Of a stretch of DNA of 64,000 bases, positions 19,719 to 29,724 are shown one piece after another. The translations under genes and the position numbers were made by a program. Numbering within the stretch: the first letter of the stretch is position 1; every line of letters starts with the position of its first letter. Source of the DNA: Candidatus Eiseniibacteriota bacterium (lineage in GTDB: Bacteria > Eisenbacteria > RBG-16-71-46 > CAVPCR01); assembly GCA_963702435.1 (NCBI GenBank), contig CAVPCR010000001.1, forward strand, positions 608,001-672,000, given 5' to 3'. A model generated the notes under the pieces. It made no database searches. It saw only the letters and a list, made by a program, of their open reading frames with translations, and was not told where the DNA came from.

Positions 19719-22700
19719 TCAGCGTACGACGGCGAGCGGGCGCAGGGTCCGGTCGCCGTCGGCGGCGGTCAGGCGGACGACATAGACGCCGCTCGCGAGA
19801 TCCGCGCTCCCGCGCACGGGGATCAACGCCGTCCCGTCGTTTCTTGCGTTGATGCGCAGCACTTCACGCCCGGCGGCGTCGAGGACCTGGACCGCGCTCC
19901 CCGGCGCGAGGCCGACCGCGGTGACGCCGTCGGCCGCGGCCCGCCCGGCAGCGTAGGGATTCGGATAGAGAACGACCGCGCCGCCGATCACGAGCTCGGC
20001 CTCGTCCCCCTGGCCGGCGACGACCGCCTCGCCCGCCGCGCCGCGGAGGGCCGGCGCGAGCGCGAGGCGGAAGATGCCGGGATGGAGCGGGGTCGCCGGA
20101 TCGAGGCGCAGCGTGACCGCGGCCCCGTCCACCTCCGCGGCGGCGATCGCGAGCCCGCCCGACGCGCGGTAGCCCGCGGGATCGGCGCCGAGGACCGAGT
20201 CGGGCGGCGCGGAGAGGCGGAGGAGGACCGCGGTGCCGCCCGCTTCACCCGCGGCGCTCTCGAGCGCGAGGGGCTTCTGCCGCGGAAGCGTCTCCGGCAC
20301 GACGAACGTGATCTCGGCGGCGCCGGCGAGCGGCGCGCCGCCGGCCCCGCGCACCGCGCCCACGCGGAGGAGCATGGTTGCGCCGGGCTCGAGATCGCGG
20401 CCGAGGACGAGGAGGAACTCGCGGTCGCCGCCCGCCGCGAGCACCGAGCTCATGCCGACCGCCGCGCCCCTGTCGTCGTCGAGCCGGTAGTTCTCGAGGC
20501 GGGTTGCGCTCTCGTCCATCCTCTGCGAGTAGACGACGCGGACCACGCGCACGGCCGCGGGCTCCGCGCCGAGGAGGAGCGGCGCTTCGCCCGGGCGCAC
20601 GACGAGGGGCGCCGTGCAGTCGCCCTCGCCGCTCCCGTCCACCGCGCTCACGCGGTAGACGACCTGGTCCAAGCCGCGGGCCGTCGTGTCGCGATAGGCG
20701 GGCAGGGTCGTCTCGGCGAGGAGCGCGGCGGCGCCGCACGCGACGTCCGGATCAAGACCGCGATAGACGCGGAAGCCGTACCCCGGGCCAGGGTTCCAGG
20801 CGAGGTCGACCGCCCCGCCGGCGGCGATCGTCGCCTGGAGGCCCGACGGCGGCGGCGGACCCGGGACGGTCTGCGTCCGGGCCTCGAGGACGGCGATCGC
20901 CGGCCCTCCGCTCGCCACGTCGTCGATCCGCGCGGCGATCTCCAGCCGCCCGTCCCGGTCGGCGTCGCCGAGCGCGAGCCCCGCGCTCCGCACGCCGGCG
21001 CGGTAGTAGAGGGGAAGCCAGTCGCCGTCCGGCGTCCGGTCGAAGACATAGAGATCGGGTGCGGCGGCGACGACGATCTCCGACTCGAGATCGGCATCGA
21101 GCTGGGCGACGGCGACCGCATTCCCCCCCGGTTCGACCCCGGCGATCCCGATCGCGTCGCGGAGGAGGAAGCCCGTCCCGGGGCGCGCGCCGTAAACGAG
21201 CACCAGGTGCCGGCGGCGCGCGAGGAGCGCCTCCGAGGTGAGGTCGAGATCCACCCCGAGATCCACCACCACCTCCGGCCGGTCGTCCCCGTTCATGTCC
21301 CCGCCCGCGATGCGCGGGCCCGTCGCCGCGGGGAGCGCGAGCTGGTAGACGGGTTCGAGGAGCCCTTCCGCGGCGCGGAAGGCGAGGAGACGGCCGCCCG
21401 CGTCCCCGATCACGAGCTCGGTCGCCGCGTCGCCGTCCACGTCGCCGGCGAAGAAGGTCGGCGTGAAACTTCGCGCCGAACCGCTGAAATTCCCGTAGGC
21501 GGCGCGGGTCCAGGCGGCCGCGTCCCCGGTCGGCGCGTAGACGAGGAGCGAATCGCCGCGGATCGCGAGGAGGGACGGCCCGCGCCGCGCGCCGAGCGGC
21601 GCGATCCCGATCGCGAAGCCGGCGGCCGTCGTCGTGTCGGCCCACACGAGCGAATCGGGATAGGCGCCGGGGCGGCGGCTCTCGAGGAGCCAAGAGCTGC
21701 CGGCCCCGCTCGCGAGGATCTCGGCGCGGCCGTCCGCGTCGGTGTCTCCGGTCGCGCGCGGGAGGAGCCGGTACGGGAGCACGAGACGCTCGGCCCAGGC
21801 GTCCGCCCCCGCCGCCTCGTAGATCACGAGGGGGCCGTAGGGCGAACCGCCCTCCTCCGGCGCCGCCATGACGACGAGGTCGCCGGCCTCGTCCTGGTCG
21901 AGGTCCGCGATCGGCGGGCCGAGCTCGCCGTCGGTGAGGAGGCGCGCACGCTCGGTGAAGGCCTCGGTCCCGGCGCGCTCGGCGACGACGGTCGCCGGTA
22001 TGTTAAGACCCCAACCGGCGAGCCCGGCCGCGTTCACCGGGCGGAGGTTCAGGCGCGTCGGGCCCGGCGGGATGTCCTCCGGGATGCGCAGCACGTGGTC
22101 CCGGGTCAGGAAGCCCTCGTCGATCTGCCGAGGGCTTCCAGACCCGGGCAGATAGACGTCGACCCGGCCGCGGGCGAGATCGTCCGTCGTGAAGAACACA
22201 TGCGAGATCAGGCGCTCCTCGACCCAGAGCAGTTCGACGCTCGCGTCCCCGATCACGGGCGGCGTGTGATCCACGGTGACGAGGGTGCGCGTCTCGCGCC
22301 AGCCCTCGACCTCGTCGCGCGCCCTGAGGCGGAGCGTGTACTCGCCGGGATCGAGGGCTGCCGTCTCCCAGACTCCCACCGTGTCGGCCACCACCTGGCG
22401 GCCGCCAGCGTGGACGAGCGTCGTGAAGGCGGACGGGTCGCGTCCCGCGCCCGCTTCGACCACGTATTCGGCGAGACGGAGCCCCTCGGCCGTGATGACG
22501 AGCGGCGCGCTCGCGTCGATCCCGGCGCCTCCCGCCGGCGCGTGGATCGCGACCGAGGCGGCGGGCGGGACCGTGAGCGCGCGTCCGGCATCGAGCCGCC
22601 CGTTCGCCGTCTCCAAGTCGAACCCGGGCGGGTCGAGATCGCGCGCGCTCCCGGTGAGGAGGGCTGCGATCTCGGCGGCGCCGAGCGCGGGCGCGCGCGA

Positions 22701-24089
22701 TGCGAGGAGTGCGGCCGCCGCCGCCACGAGCGGGGCGGCGAACGAGGTGCCGGAGAGCGTGACGTAGGCGTCCTCGTCCCCGTCCACGACCGTGGTCAGG
22801 ATACCGTCGCCGGGGGCCACGAGATCGAGCGCCGCGCCGTAGCTCGAGAAGCTCGCGCGCTGATCGGCGTAGTCCGTGGCGCCGACCGCAATCACGTCGG
22901 GCAGCCCGGACGGATAGTGCATGCCGTCGGCGCGCGCGTTGCCGGCCGCGCCCACGAGCACAGCGCCGAGCCCCGCGGCATAGGCGACCGCGTCGGCCAC
23001 GATCGGCGAGAGGAGCGTGTCGCCGAAGCTCATGTTGATGACGCGGGCGCCGTTCTCCGCGGCATAGACGATCGCCGCCGCGGCGTCGTCCTCCTCGAGC
23101 ACGCCCGAGAAGGCGCCGAGCCCGGGGTTGAACCCGGCGCGCACCGGCATGAGCGTGACCGCCGGGGCGAGGCCCGAGATCCCGATGCCGTTGTCGGCGA
23201 CGGCGGCGATCACGCCCGCGACCGCCGTGCCGTGACCCGAGTCGTCGCTCACGTCGGGATCGCGCCCGACCGCGTCCCCCGGTCCGCCGATCCGCGGCGC
23301 GTCCACGAAGTCCCAGCCGCTCGCATCGTCCACGTACCCGTTGTCGTCGTCGTCGTCCCGCTCCCAGTCCTCGACCGCGCCGTTCCCGTCCTGATCGAAA
23401 CCGTCGTCGTCCGGCCGCGCGTTCCCCGGCGGATCGTCGTTCACCCAGAGATTCGCGACCAGATCGGCGTGCGGGTTGACGCCGGTGTCGATCACTGCGA
23501 CGAGGACATCGGCCCGCCCGCGGGTGACCGCCCACGCGTCCCGCGCCCCGACCCGGTCCAGGTACCACTGCGCCGGGCGGAGCGGATCGCCCTCGCCCCC
23601 GCGGGCCGCCGCCGCCGGCAGCGCGGCGCGCGCCATCGGCCCGGCCGCCATGGTCCGGTTCTCGATCGCGAGCTCGACGAGCGGCGCGGCGGCGAGCGCG
23701 GCCAGCACCGACGCGCGGTCGGCGCCGGGCGCGAGGGTGAGGAGATAGGTGCGGGCGAGGCGATCGGCGGCGGCCGCCGCGGCCGGCGGCACGGCGGCGC
23801 CGCGGGCGAGCGCGGGCGGGACCGCCCGCGCGGCCAGCAGCGGGGCGGCCGCCGCGAGCGCGGCACGCTCCGCCGGCCCGAGCGTGGCGCCGATTTCTGC
23901 GACGAGGCGCGAAGCTTCGAGAGGGGCGGCGAGGCGAGCGGGCGGGGCCGTGCGGGCGGGGACCGCCGGCGGGGACTCGGCGGCGCGGACGCGGACGAGG
24001 AGCTCGCCGGGGCCCGCGAGCGCCGGCGCCACGGGCGCCGCGAGGGCAACGAGGACGGCGGCCGTGCCGAGCGCGCGCCTCGCGCCCAT
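19719..24089 (-). CDS. Secreted S8 subtilase with FG-GAP-like repeats, Ig-like domains and a T9SS/FlgD-like C-terminal domain
   Basis: Catalytic motifs VAVIDTG, HGTAVAG and GTSFAAP; repeated GDxDGD motifs; C-terminal 'LYPNPY...SGVYVVRL'; signal peptide. Confidence 0.88.
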   Translation of the reverse strand: MGARRALGTAAVLVALAAPVAPALAGPGELLVRVRAAESPPAVPARTAPPARLAAPLEASRLVAEIGATLGPAERAALAAAAPLLAARAVPPALARGAAVPPAAAAAADRLARTYLLTLAPGADRASVLAALAAAPLVELAIENRTMAAGPMARAALPAAAARGGEGDPLRPAQWYLDRVGARDAWAVTRGRADVLVAVIDTGVNPHADLVANLWVNDDPPGNARPDDDGFDQDGNGAVEDWERDDDDDNGYVDDASGWDFVDAPRIGGPGDAVGRDPDVSDDSGHGTAVAGVIAAVADNGIGISGLAPAVTLMPVRAGFNPGLGAFSGVLEEDDAAAAIVYAAENGARVINMSFGDTLLSPIVADAVAYAAGLGAVLVGAAGNARADGMHYPSGLPDVIAVGATDYADQRASFSSYGAALDLVAPGDGILTTVVDGDEDAYVTLSGTSFAAPLVAAAAALLASRAPALGAAEIAALLTGSARDLDPPGFDLETANGRLDAGRALTVPPAASVAIHAPAGGAGIDASAPLVITAEGLRLAEYVVEAGAGRDPSAFTTLVHAGGRQVVADTVGVWETAALDPGEYTLRLRARDEVEGWRETRTLVTVDHTPPVIGDASVELLWVEERLISHVFFTTDDLARGRVDVYLPGSGSPRQIDEGFLTRDHVLRIPEDIPPGPTRLNLRPVNAAGLAGWGLNIPATVVAERAGTEAFTERARLLTDGELGPPIADLDQDEAGDLVVMAAPEEGGSPYGPLVIYEAAGADAWAERLVLPYRLLPRATGDTDADGRAEILASGAGSSWLLESRRPGAYPDSLVWADTTTAAGFAIGIAPLGARRGPSLLAIRGDSLLVYAPTGDAAAWTRAAYGNFSGSARSFTPTFFAGDVDGDAATELVIGDAGGRLLAFRAAEGLLEPVYQLALPAATGPRIAGGDMNGDDRPEVVVDLGVDLDLTSEALLARRRHLVLVYGARPGTGFLLRDAIGIAGVEPGGNAVAVAQLDADLESEIVVAAAPDLYVFDRTPDGDWLPLYYRAGVRSAGLALGDADRDGRLEIAARIDDVASGGPAIAVLEARTQTVPGPPPPSGLQATIAAGGAVDLAWNPGPGYGFRVYRGLDPDVACGAAALLAETTLPAYRDTTARGLDQVVYRVSAVDGSGEGDCTAPLVVRPGEAPLLLGAEPAAVRVVRVVYSQRMDESATRLENYRLDDDRGAAVGMSSVLAAGGDREFLLVLGRDLEPGATMLLRVGAVRGAGGAPLAGAAEITFVVPETLPRQKPLALESAAGEAGGTAVLLRLSAPPDSVLGADPAGYRASGGLAIAAAEVDGAAVTLRLDPATPLHPGIFRLALAPALRGAAGEAVVAGQGDEAELVIGGAVVLYPNPYAAGRAAADGVTAVGLAPGSAVQVLDAAGREVLRINARNDGTALIPVRGSADLASGVYVVRLTAADGDRTLRPLAVVR

Positions 24090-24101
24090 GGCTCGCGTGT
24101 C

Positions 24102-25043
24102 CTAGAGCCCTACGCCGAAGGAGAAGCGATGCGTCGAGCCGAGATCGGATTCGAACGGCACGATCGCGTACCCGAGCTCGAACTGGTTGACCGACGCCCC
24201 GAGCCCGAAGGAGAGGCCCGAGTTGTCGTAGCCCGTCCCGTAACCGACCTGGGCGCGGGCCACCCCGGCGTAGTCGTACTCGCCGCCGAAGAGCACGTGC
24301 GTGTCGTCGCCGCGCGCGCTGCGCACGTCGAGGGCCGCGAGCAGCGACCCGTTGCCGAGCCGCCAGGGGAGCACGTAGGAGCCGCCGACCTGCACCGCGG
24401 TCGGCAGGTCGTCCTGCTGATTGATGTAAGTGACCCCGCTCCCCAGGTTGGTCACCGCACCGCCGATCCAGAGATCGGGCCGGAGCTCGTACTGTCCGCC
24501 GAGATCGGCCGCAAAGGCGAACTCGGTCAGGTTCTCGATGTTCTGGACGATGTACTTGACCGATCCGCCGAGCGCGGCGCGATCGGTCGGCGAATAGGCG
24601 TAGGTCCCGGTGACGACCACGTCGTAGGCGCCGAAGGTGAGAGTTTCCCGGCCGAACTCGTCGCGGCCGTCGATGTCGCCGATGTAGAACCCCGAGAAGC
24701 TGCCGCCCACCGCGTGCTTGCCGAAGCGCGTCCCGCCGCTCACGTAGTCCTGGCGGAAGTCGGAGATCCACTCGTTGTGCTGGAAGTGGATCGCGATGCG
24801 CTTCTCGGCGACATCGAGGCGGGCGAGGCCGGCCGGATTCCAGAAGGTCGCGGTCGGATCGTCGACCACCGAGACGAACGCCGATCCCATGCCCGTGCCG
24901 CGCGTGCCGATCGGCAGTTCAAGCGAGACGAGACCGGGGCGATCGGCCGCCGCCACGGGGGAGACCGGACCGGCGGCAGCGAAAGCGCCGGCGAGGACCA
25001 GGAGGACCGCCGTGCGGTGAAGAAGGTGGCGTCGGTTGGGCAT
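24102..25043 (-). CDS. PorV/PorQ-family (FadL-like) outer-membrane beta-barrel
   Basis: Signal peptide; 'LPIGTRGTGMGSAFVSVVDDPTATFWNPAGLA' signature; terminal beta-strand 'THRFSFGVGL'. Confidence 0.8.
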   Translation of the reverse strand: MPNRRHLLHRTAVLLVLAGAFAAAGPVSPVAAADRPGLVSLELPIGTRGTGMGSAFVSVVDDPTATFWNPAGLARLDVAEKRIAIHFQHNEWISDFRQDYVSGGTRFGKHAVGGSFSGFYIGDIDGRDEFGRETLTFGAYDVVVTGTYAYSPTDRAALGGSVKYIVQNIENLTEFAFAADLGGQYELRPDLWIGGAVTNLGSGVTYINQQDDLPTAVQVGGSYVLPWRLGNGSLLAALDVRSARGDDTHVLFGGEYDYAGVARAQVGYGTGYDNSGLSFGLGASVNQFELGYAIVPFESDLGSTHRFSFGVGL

Positions 25044-25054
25044 CCTCGGATCTC

Positions 25055-28000
25055 CTAGCGGGTGACGGCGAACGGCCTGGTCTCGATCACCTTGGCGCCC
25101 TGGCCCTTGATCGACAGGCGCACCAGATAGACGCCGCTCGCCGCGTCGCGAACGTCCCATACTACCTCATGATCGGTGCGGCCGGGCAGGGCAAGACCTT
25201 CGGCGGGCCGGGCCATGACCCGGCCGAGCGCGTCGAGGATCTCGACGTCGACCGTGGCCTCCTCGCCCAGCGAGAAGTGGACGGTGGCCGCGTCGCCGTC
25301 CACCGGGTTCGGATAGACGAAGATCTGGTCGGCGAACGACTCGGCCGCCGGCGCGAGCGGCGGCGTCGTGACGAGGCCCGAGTGGGCGGGGCCGCCCCGG
25401 TAGCCGGTCCACGCGCTCCCCGGTCCCTCCGCCAACCCCAGATCGTAGGCGATGAGCTGGGTCCCGCTCCCCATGTCGCTCGGCACGACCAGGTCGAGCC
25501 GCTCGTCGCCGTCGATATCGGCCACGATCGGGAGCGCGCCCTGCGCGGCCGGGCCGGGGAGCGGCCAGCCGTCGAGGACGCGGCCGTCCACATCGGTAGC
25601 GAAGGCGCGCCCGTCGCCCGGGGCGAAGAAGAGCTCCGGCCGATCGTCGCCCGCGAGATCGATCGCGAGCGGCGACGGCGCGAGGCGCGGCACCAGGCGG
25701 TCGGGCCCGCCCATCGCCAGCGGGTAGGAGAGCTGCGGCGTGCCGTTGAAATTCAAGGCGAGGAGGCGACCGTCGAAGGCCGAGACGAGCACCTCGCGGC
25801 GGCCGTCCCGGTCCATGTCGGCGAGCGCGAGGTCGTGCGCGACCCCGAGCCCGAGCGCGAAGGGCCAGCCCGGGAGCCCGCGGAGCGTCGCGAGCTCACC
25901 GCCGCCCGCGACCGGAAGCCCGGTCCCATAGGCCTCGATCCGCCCGTGGTCGTCGGAGGCGAGGACCTCGAAGGTACCGTCCCCGTCGAGATCCCCGCCG
26001 ATCATCGAGCGCACGGCATGCTGCATGTCGGCGCGATCGCGCGGGACCTCGGCGACCGCGGCCGGCGTGCCGGGGGCGGCGGGCTCGACCGCGTAGAAGC
26101 GCGTGCGCTCGTCGGCCACCGCGGCGACGAGGAGCGTGGGCGGCGCCGTCGCGAAGACGAGGGGCGGCGCGGTCAGATCGCCCGCGATCTCGGCGCGTCC
26201 GATCGCGACCGGCAGCCCCGGGAAGTCCCTCTGCAGCACGGCCCACAGGACCTCGCCCATGCCGTTCGTGTCCGCCGGCGCGCCGACGATCACGGCGTCC
26301 CACGTCCCGCCGAGCCGCGCGAGCACGGGCACCGCATCCCGGAGCGAGCGGCCGGCGCGGGCGAAGATCCCGGTGGTCGCCGGATCCCGGTCGCCGTCCA
26401 CGACCTCGCTGCCATCGCCGTTCCAGGCGTAGATCGTGCCGTCGGCGGCGACGACCACGAGCTCGGCCGCGCCGTCGCCGTCCACGTCCCCGATCGCGGG
26501 TGTGGTGTTCGCATCGGGGCCGATCTGCGCGAACGGCGCGCCGAGCGGCATCGAGCCGTCGGCGGCGATGATCCATACGCCGCCGGTCGTGTCCACGACC
26601 ACGGTCTCGAGGCCCTCGATCGCCGAAGCCGGATCGAGATCGAAGGCCACCGGATGGTTGCCGCCCAGCGGGCCGGCGATCGCCGCCGGCCAGCTCCCAC
26701 CCTTCCGCCGGTCGAAGTCGACGCGGAAGGACATCAGATTCCCGGCGGCGCTCACCGAGTCGATCGTCACGAAGCTCGGCACGCCGAAGGAGGAGACGGT
26801 CGAGGGGGTGGTGTCCGGCGCGAAGCGGATGGCGTTTCCGGCGCGGAAGGCGTCGTTCGGACTCCCGAAGCTCTCGATCGAGCGCGCGTAGTCATCGAGG
26901 TCCTCGATGCCGTCGGCCTCCTCGAGATCCACGCCCTTGTGGCGGGGGTTGGCGACGACCGTGTTGGCGACGAAGTTGGCGGCGATCGTGGAGGGATCCA
27001 CGTGGTAGATGAGGAGTCCCGAGCCGGTGCCGTCTCCGGGCAGGAAGAAGTCGAACTCGGCTCCCGTGTAGTCGTCGTCGTAGTAGTCGAAGATCGAATC
27101 CTGGTCGGCGTCGTTCCAGTCGAAGAGCCCGTTCGCGTTCGGATCCTGGACCCGGTTCTCGACGAGGTAGTACTCGTCGCCGCCGAGCGGGATGGCGGCG
27201 AGTCGCGGCTGATCGGCGGGAGGGGCGCTCGCGACCGACCAGAGATCGACACGGCCCGGCGTCGTCACCACGAGGGCATCGAGATAGCCGAGATCGAAGA
27301 GGCACCACGCCGAAGGTCGCGCCGGCACGAACCCGTTCGCGTTCCAGGTGCCCGCGGCCATGATGTCGAAGGCGCCGAGCCCCTGCGAATCCGGGACGTC
27401 GGAGGGCGTCGTGTCGTAGAGGTCGGGGAGCCCGATCGCGTGCCCGAACTCGTGCGCATAGACGCCGGTCATGCCGAACACGAAGGGTACGCCGCTCGGC
27501 GTCTGGTCCTGCGATTCGACCTCGGGGAGGACGAGCCCGAACTGGACATAGTAGGGATCGCCGTCGGGCTTCCGATCGTTGGTGAGGATGCCGTTCGCGG
27601 CGGTCGAATCGGGCAGGTAGGCCTGGAGCACCTCGAACGGGGCGAACACCGACCACAGCTGCTCGGGCGAGTCGCCGAGCACATCGGCCTCCTGCCCGGC
27701 GCCGGCGTGCACCGCGATGTGGACATCGAAGGCCGACATGTCGAAGTCGTCGTCGGCCGCCTGGATCGCATCGCGGATGAAGACGACCTGGCGCGTCTCG
27801 AACTCGGGGTCGTAGCCGTAATAGGCCATCGTCTCCGGAAGGCGATAGACCGAGTCGGTCACGGTCGTTCGCGTCACGATCCGGCCGTCGCTCACCTGGT
27901 TCCAGTACTGCGCCATGAACAGGAAGGCACGCTCGATGTAGGCCTGGGTCGAGTCCATCGGCTCATCCTCGAAGTCGACGCGCACGGCGAGGACATCGAG

Positions 28001-28285
28001 GGTGTCGGGAAGCGCGCGCGACGCGGCCGGTTCGCCGGGGGCGCGGAAGGGGCGGCCGTCGCGCGCCGGCCCGAAGCGGCTCGTGGCGCGGAAGCCGGCC
28101 TTCCCGGGGACGGGCGGCACGGCGCAGAGAGCGGGGCCGCGCGCGGACTGGATCCCCGCCGGAGCGGCATCGTGCGCTCCCGCCGGGGGCGACTCGAGAC
28201 CGGGGAGGGCGAGGACGAGCGCGGCGCCGAGCGCCAGGAAAAGCGCCCGGGCGAGGCGGTGGCGAGGCACCGAGGTTTGGCTCAT
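25055..28285 (-). CDS. Secreted M6-family (immune inhibitor A-like) metalloprotease with FG-GAP repeats and a T9SS/FlgD-like C-terminal domain
   Basis: HAGAGQE, HEFGHAIGLPDLYD, EYYLVENR, GLLIYHVD and GVDLEEADG; GDVDGDG repeats; C-terminal 'VYPNP...ASGVYLVRL'. Confidence 0.88.
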   Translation of the reverse strand: MSQTSVPRHRLARALFLALGAALVLALPGLESPPAGAHDAAPAGIQSARGPALCAVPPVPGKAGFRATSRFGPARDGRPFRAPGEPAASRALPDTLDVLAVRVDFEDEPMDSTQAYIERAFLFMAQYWNQVSDGRIVTRTTVTDSVYRLPETMAYYGYDPEFETRQVVFIRDAIQAADDDFDMSAFDVHIAVHAGAGQEADVLGDSPEQLWSVFAPFEVLQAYLPDSTAANGILTNDRKPDGDPYYVQFGLVLPEVESQDQTPSGVPFVFGMTGVYAHEFGHAIGLPDLYDTTPSDVPDSQGLGAFDIMAAGTWNANGFVPARPSAWCLFDLGYLDALVVTTPGRVDLWSVASAPPADQPRLAAIPLGGDEYYLVENRVQDPNANGLFDWNDADQDSIFDYYDDDYTGAEFDFFLPGDGTGSGLLIYHVDPSTIAANFVANTVVANPRHKGVDLEEADGIEDLDDYARSIESFGSPNDAFRAGNAIRFAPDTTPSTVSSFGVPSFVTIDSVSAAGNLMSFRVDFDRRKGGSWPAAIAGPLGGNHPVAFDLDPASAIEGLETVVVDTTGGVWIIAADGSMPLGAPFAQIGPDANTTPAIGDVDGDGAAELVVVAADGTIYAWNGDGSEVVDGDRDPATTGIFARAGRSLRDAVPVLARLGGTWDAVIVGAPADTNGMGEVLWAVLQRDFPGLPVAIGRAEIAGDLTAPPLVFATAPPTLLVAAVADERTRFYAVEPAAPGTPAAVAEVPRDRADMQHAVRSMIGGDLDGDGTFEVLASDDHGRIEAYGTGLPVAGGGELATLRGLPGWPFALGLGVAHDLALADMDRDGRREVLVSAFDGRLLALNFNGTPQLSYPLAMGGPDRLVPRLAPSPLAIDLAGDDRPELFFAPGDGRAFATDVDGRVLDGWPLPGPAAQGALPIVADIDGDERLDLVVPSDMGSGTQLIAYDLGLAEGPGSAWTGYRGGPAHSGLVTTPPLAPAAESFADQIFVYPNPVDGDAATVHFSLGEEATVDVEILDALGRVMARPAEGLALPGRTDHEVVWDVRDAASGVYLVRLSIKGQGAKVIETRPFAVTR

Positions 28286-28663
28286 GGGCAGTCGACGGAC
28301 TCCAGGGGATCGTGGAAACGCGCCCGGTCGGACCTGGTTCGCGCCGCCGGGCGCCGGGGAAGCAGACGAGCTCGAGTCGAGCGCTTCAGGCACGAGCAAG
28401 ACAGGGAGCGTAGGAGAGATGCTGGGGCGGGGTCAATTCCCGTCGTCCGCCGCGAAGTCGCCCTTCGACCGTCGAGAAGGTCTGGCGGCGCCTTCCCGGT
28501 TGCCGGCTCAATCCCCCTAGGAACCGCCAACCGTTCGGGTGCCGCCAAGCCTGTTCTCGCCGTATGATGCGCCGGTTGCGGGACCGGATTCGCCCGGCCT
28601 CGAGAGCCCGGCCGGCCCGCGGGCCGGCGCGGTCTCCCGACCCTAGAACCGCTGGGGGATCCT

Positions 28664-28719
28664 CAGGTTCCCTGCCGGCCACGGAAGGCGCCAGGTTCCC
28701 TGCCGGCCGCGGAAGGCGC
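28664..28719. repeat. 28-bp tandem repeat x2 in a divergent intergenic region
   Basis: CAGGTTCCCTGCCGGCC(A/G)CGGAAGGCGC at 28664-28691 and 28692-28719. Confidence 0.8.
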
Positions 28720-28865
28720 TCGCTCCCGGCCACGGGGCCGGGACGTCGCGACGGGCGCGGGGCGGACCTGACCGGGGGGCGGCGCCGGCCGAGCCGCCCC
28801 GGAACATGAGAATCGTGGTCCGGGAAGGCCGGGGGCCTCCGGGGACAACCGGGAGCAGAACCGAC

Positions 28866-29696
28866 GTGCGGAAGACGACGGGAGCCATCCTCTGTCCGAC
28901 CTGCCGGAAGCTCATCTCGATCTCTGAGCCCCGGTGCCCCTTCTGCGGGCGGCTCCGGCCCGGGCTCTGGGGTTTCACCCCGGGGCTGAGCCGAGTCCTG
29001 GGGGGACTCGATCCGACGGCCATGATCGCGGCCGCGGCGGTCGTCCTCTATGTGATCGCTCTTGCCATCGACTTGCAGGCGGTGTTCCCGCCGCGCGGCA
29101 TCCTGAACTTCCTCGCCCCGAGCCGGCGCGCGCTCCTCACCCTCGGCATGACCGGCGATGTGGCCTGGGCCCGCGGACACTGGTGGACGCTCCTCTCGGC
29201 CACCTTCCTGCACGGCGGAATACTCCACATCATCTTCAACGTGTACTGGATCCGGAGCCTCGGCCCGGAGGTCGAGGAGATCTACGGCTCCGCGCGCGCC
29301 TTCCTCATCTTCGTCCTGGCCGGGGCCGCCGGCTTCCTGGTGTCCAACGTCCTCTCCGGGGCGCCCACGATCGGCGCCTCGGGCGCCATCTTCGGGCTCC
29401 TCGGCGCGCTCCTCGCGCATGGGCGTCGCGCCGGGCGCTCGCTCATGACCAGGCAGATCTGGTCCCAGGCGCTCATCCTCTTCCTGTTCGGATTTCTGAT
29501 GCCGGGCGTGAACAACTACGCGCACGGCGGCGGCTTCGCCGGCGGCTATGCGGCGGCGTTGCTCTTCGGGGCCGGAGTACGCGGCCGCGAGGGTCCCGGC
29601 ACGCAGATCCTGGCGATCGGCGCGGCGGTCCTGGCCCTCGCCGCCGTCGTCTTCTCGGCCTGGACCTTCGGGCCCGTGCTCTTCGGACCGCGTTAG
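28866..29696 (+). CDS. Rhomboid intramembrane serine protease with an N-terminal zinc-ribbon-like segment
   Basis: HxxxxHxxxN (FLHGGILHIIFN), GASG and AHGGG; N-terminal CPTC-x9-CPFC. Start is GTG 28866 or ATG 28806. Confidence 0.88.
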   Translation: MRKTTGAILCPTCRKLISISEPRCPFCGRLRPGLWGFTPGLSRVLGGLDPTAMIAAAAVVLYVIALAIDLQAVFPPRGILNFLAPSRRALLTLGMTGDVAWARGHWWTLLSATFLHGGILHIIFNVYWIRSLGPEVEEIYGSARAFLIFVLAGAAGFLVSNVLSGAPTIGASGAIFGLLGALLAHGRRAGRSLMTRQIWSQALILFLFGFLMPGVNNYAHGGGFAGGYAAALLFGAGVRGREGPGTQILAIGAAVLALAAVVFSAWTFGPVLFGPR

Positions 29697-29724
29697 CGGC
29701 AGCCGCGCCAGACCTGGATCCGGC

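Noticed and set aside
20082..25058. Very long opposite-strand or alternative-frame ORFs (e.g. 20082-25058 +, 13134-16919 -, 49444-54228 -, 25169-28567 +)
   Set aside because: They are shadow ORFs caused by high GC, overlap well-supported genes, and have no recognisable motifs.
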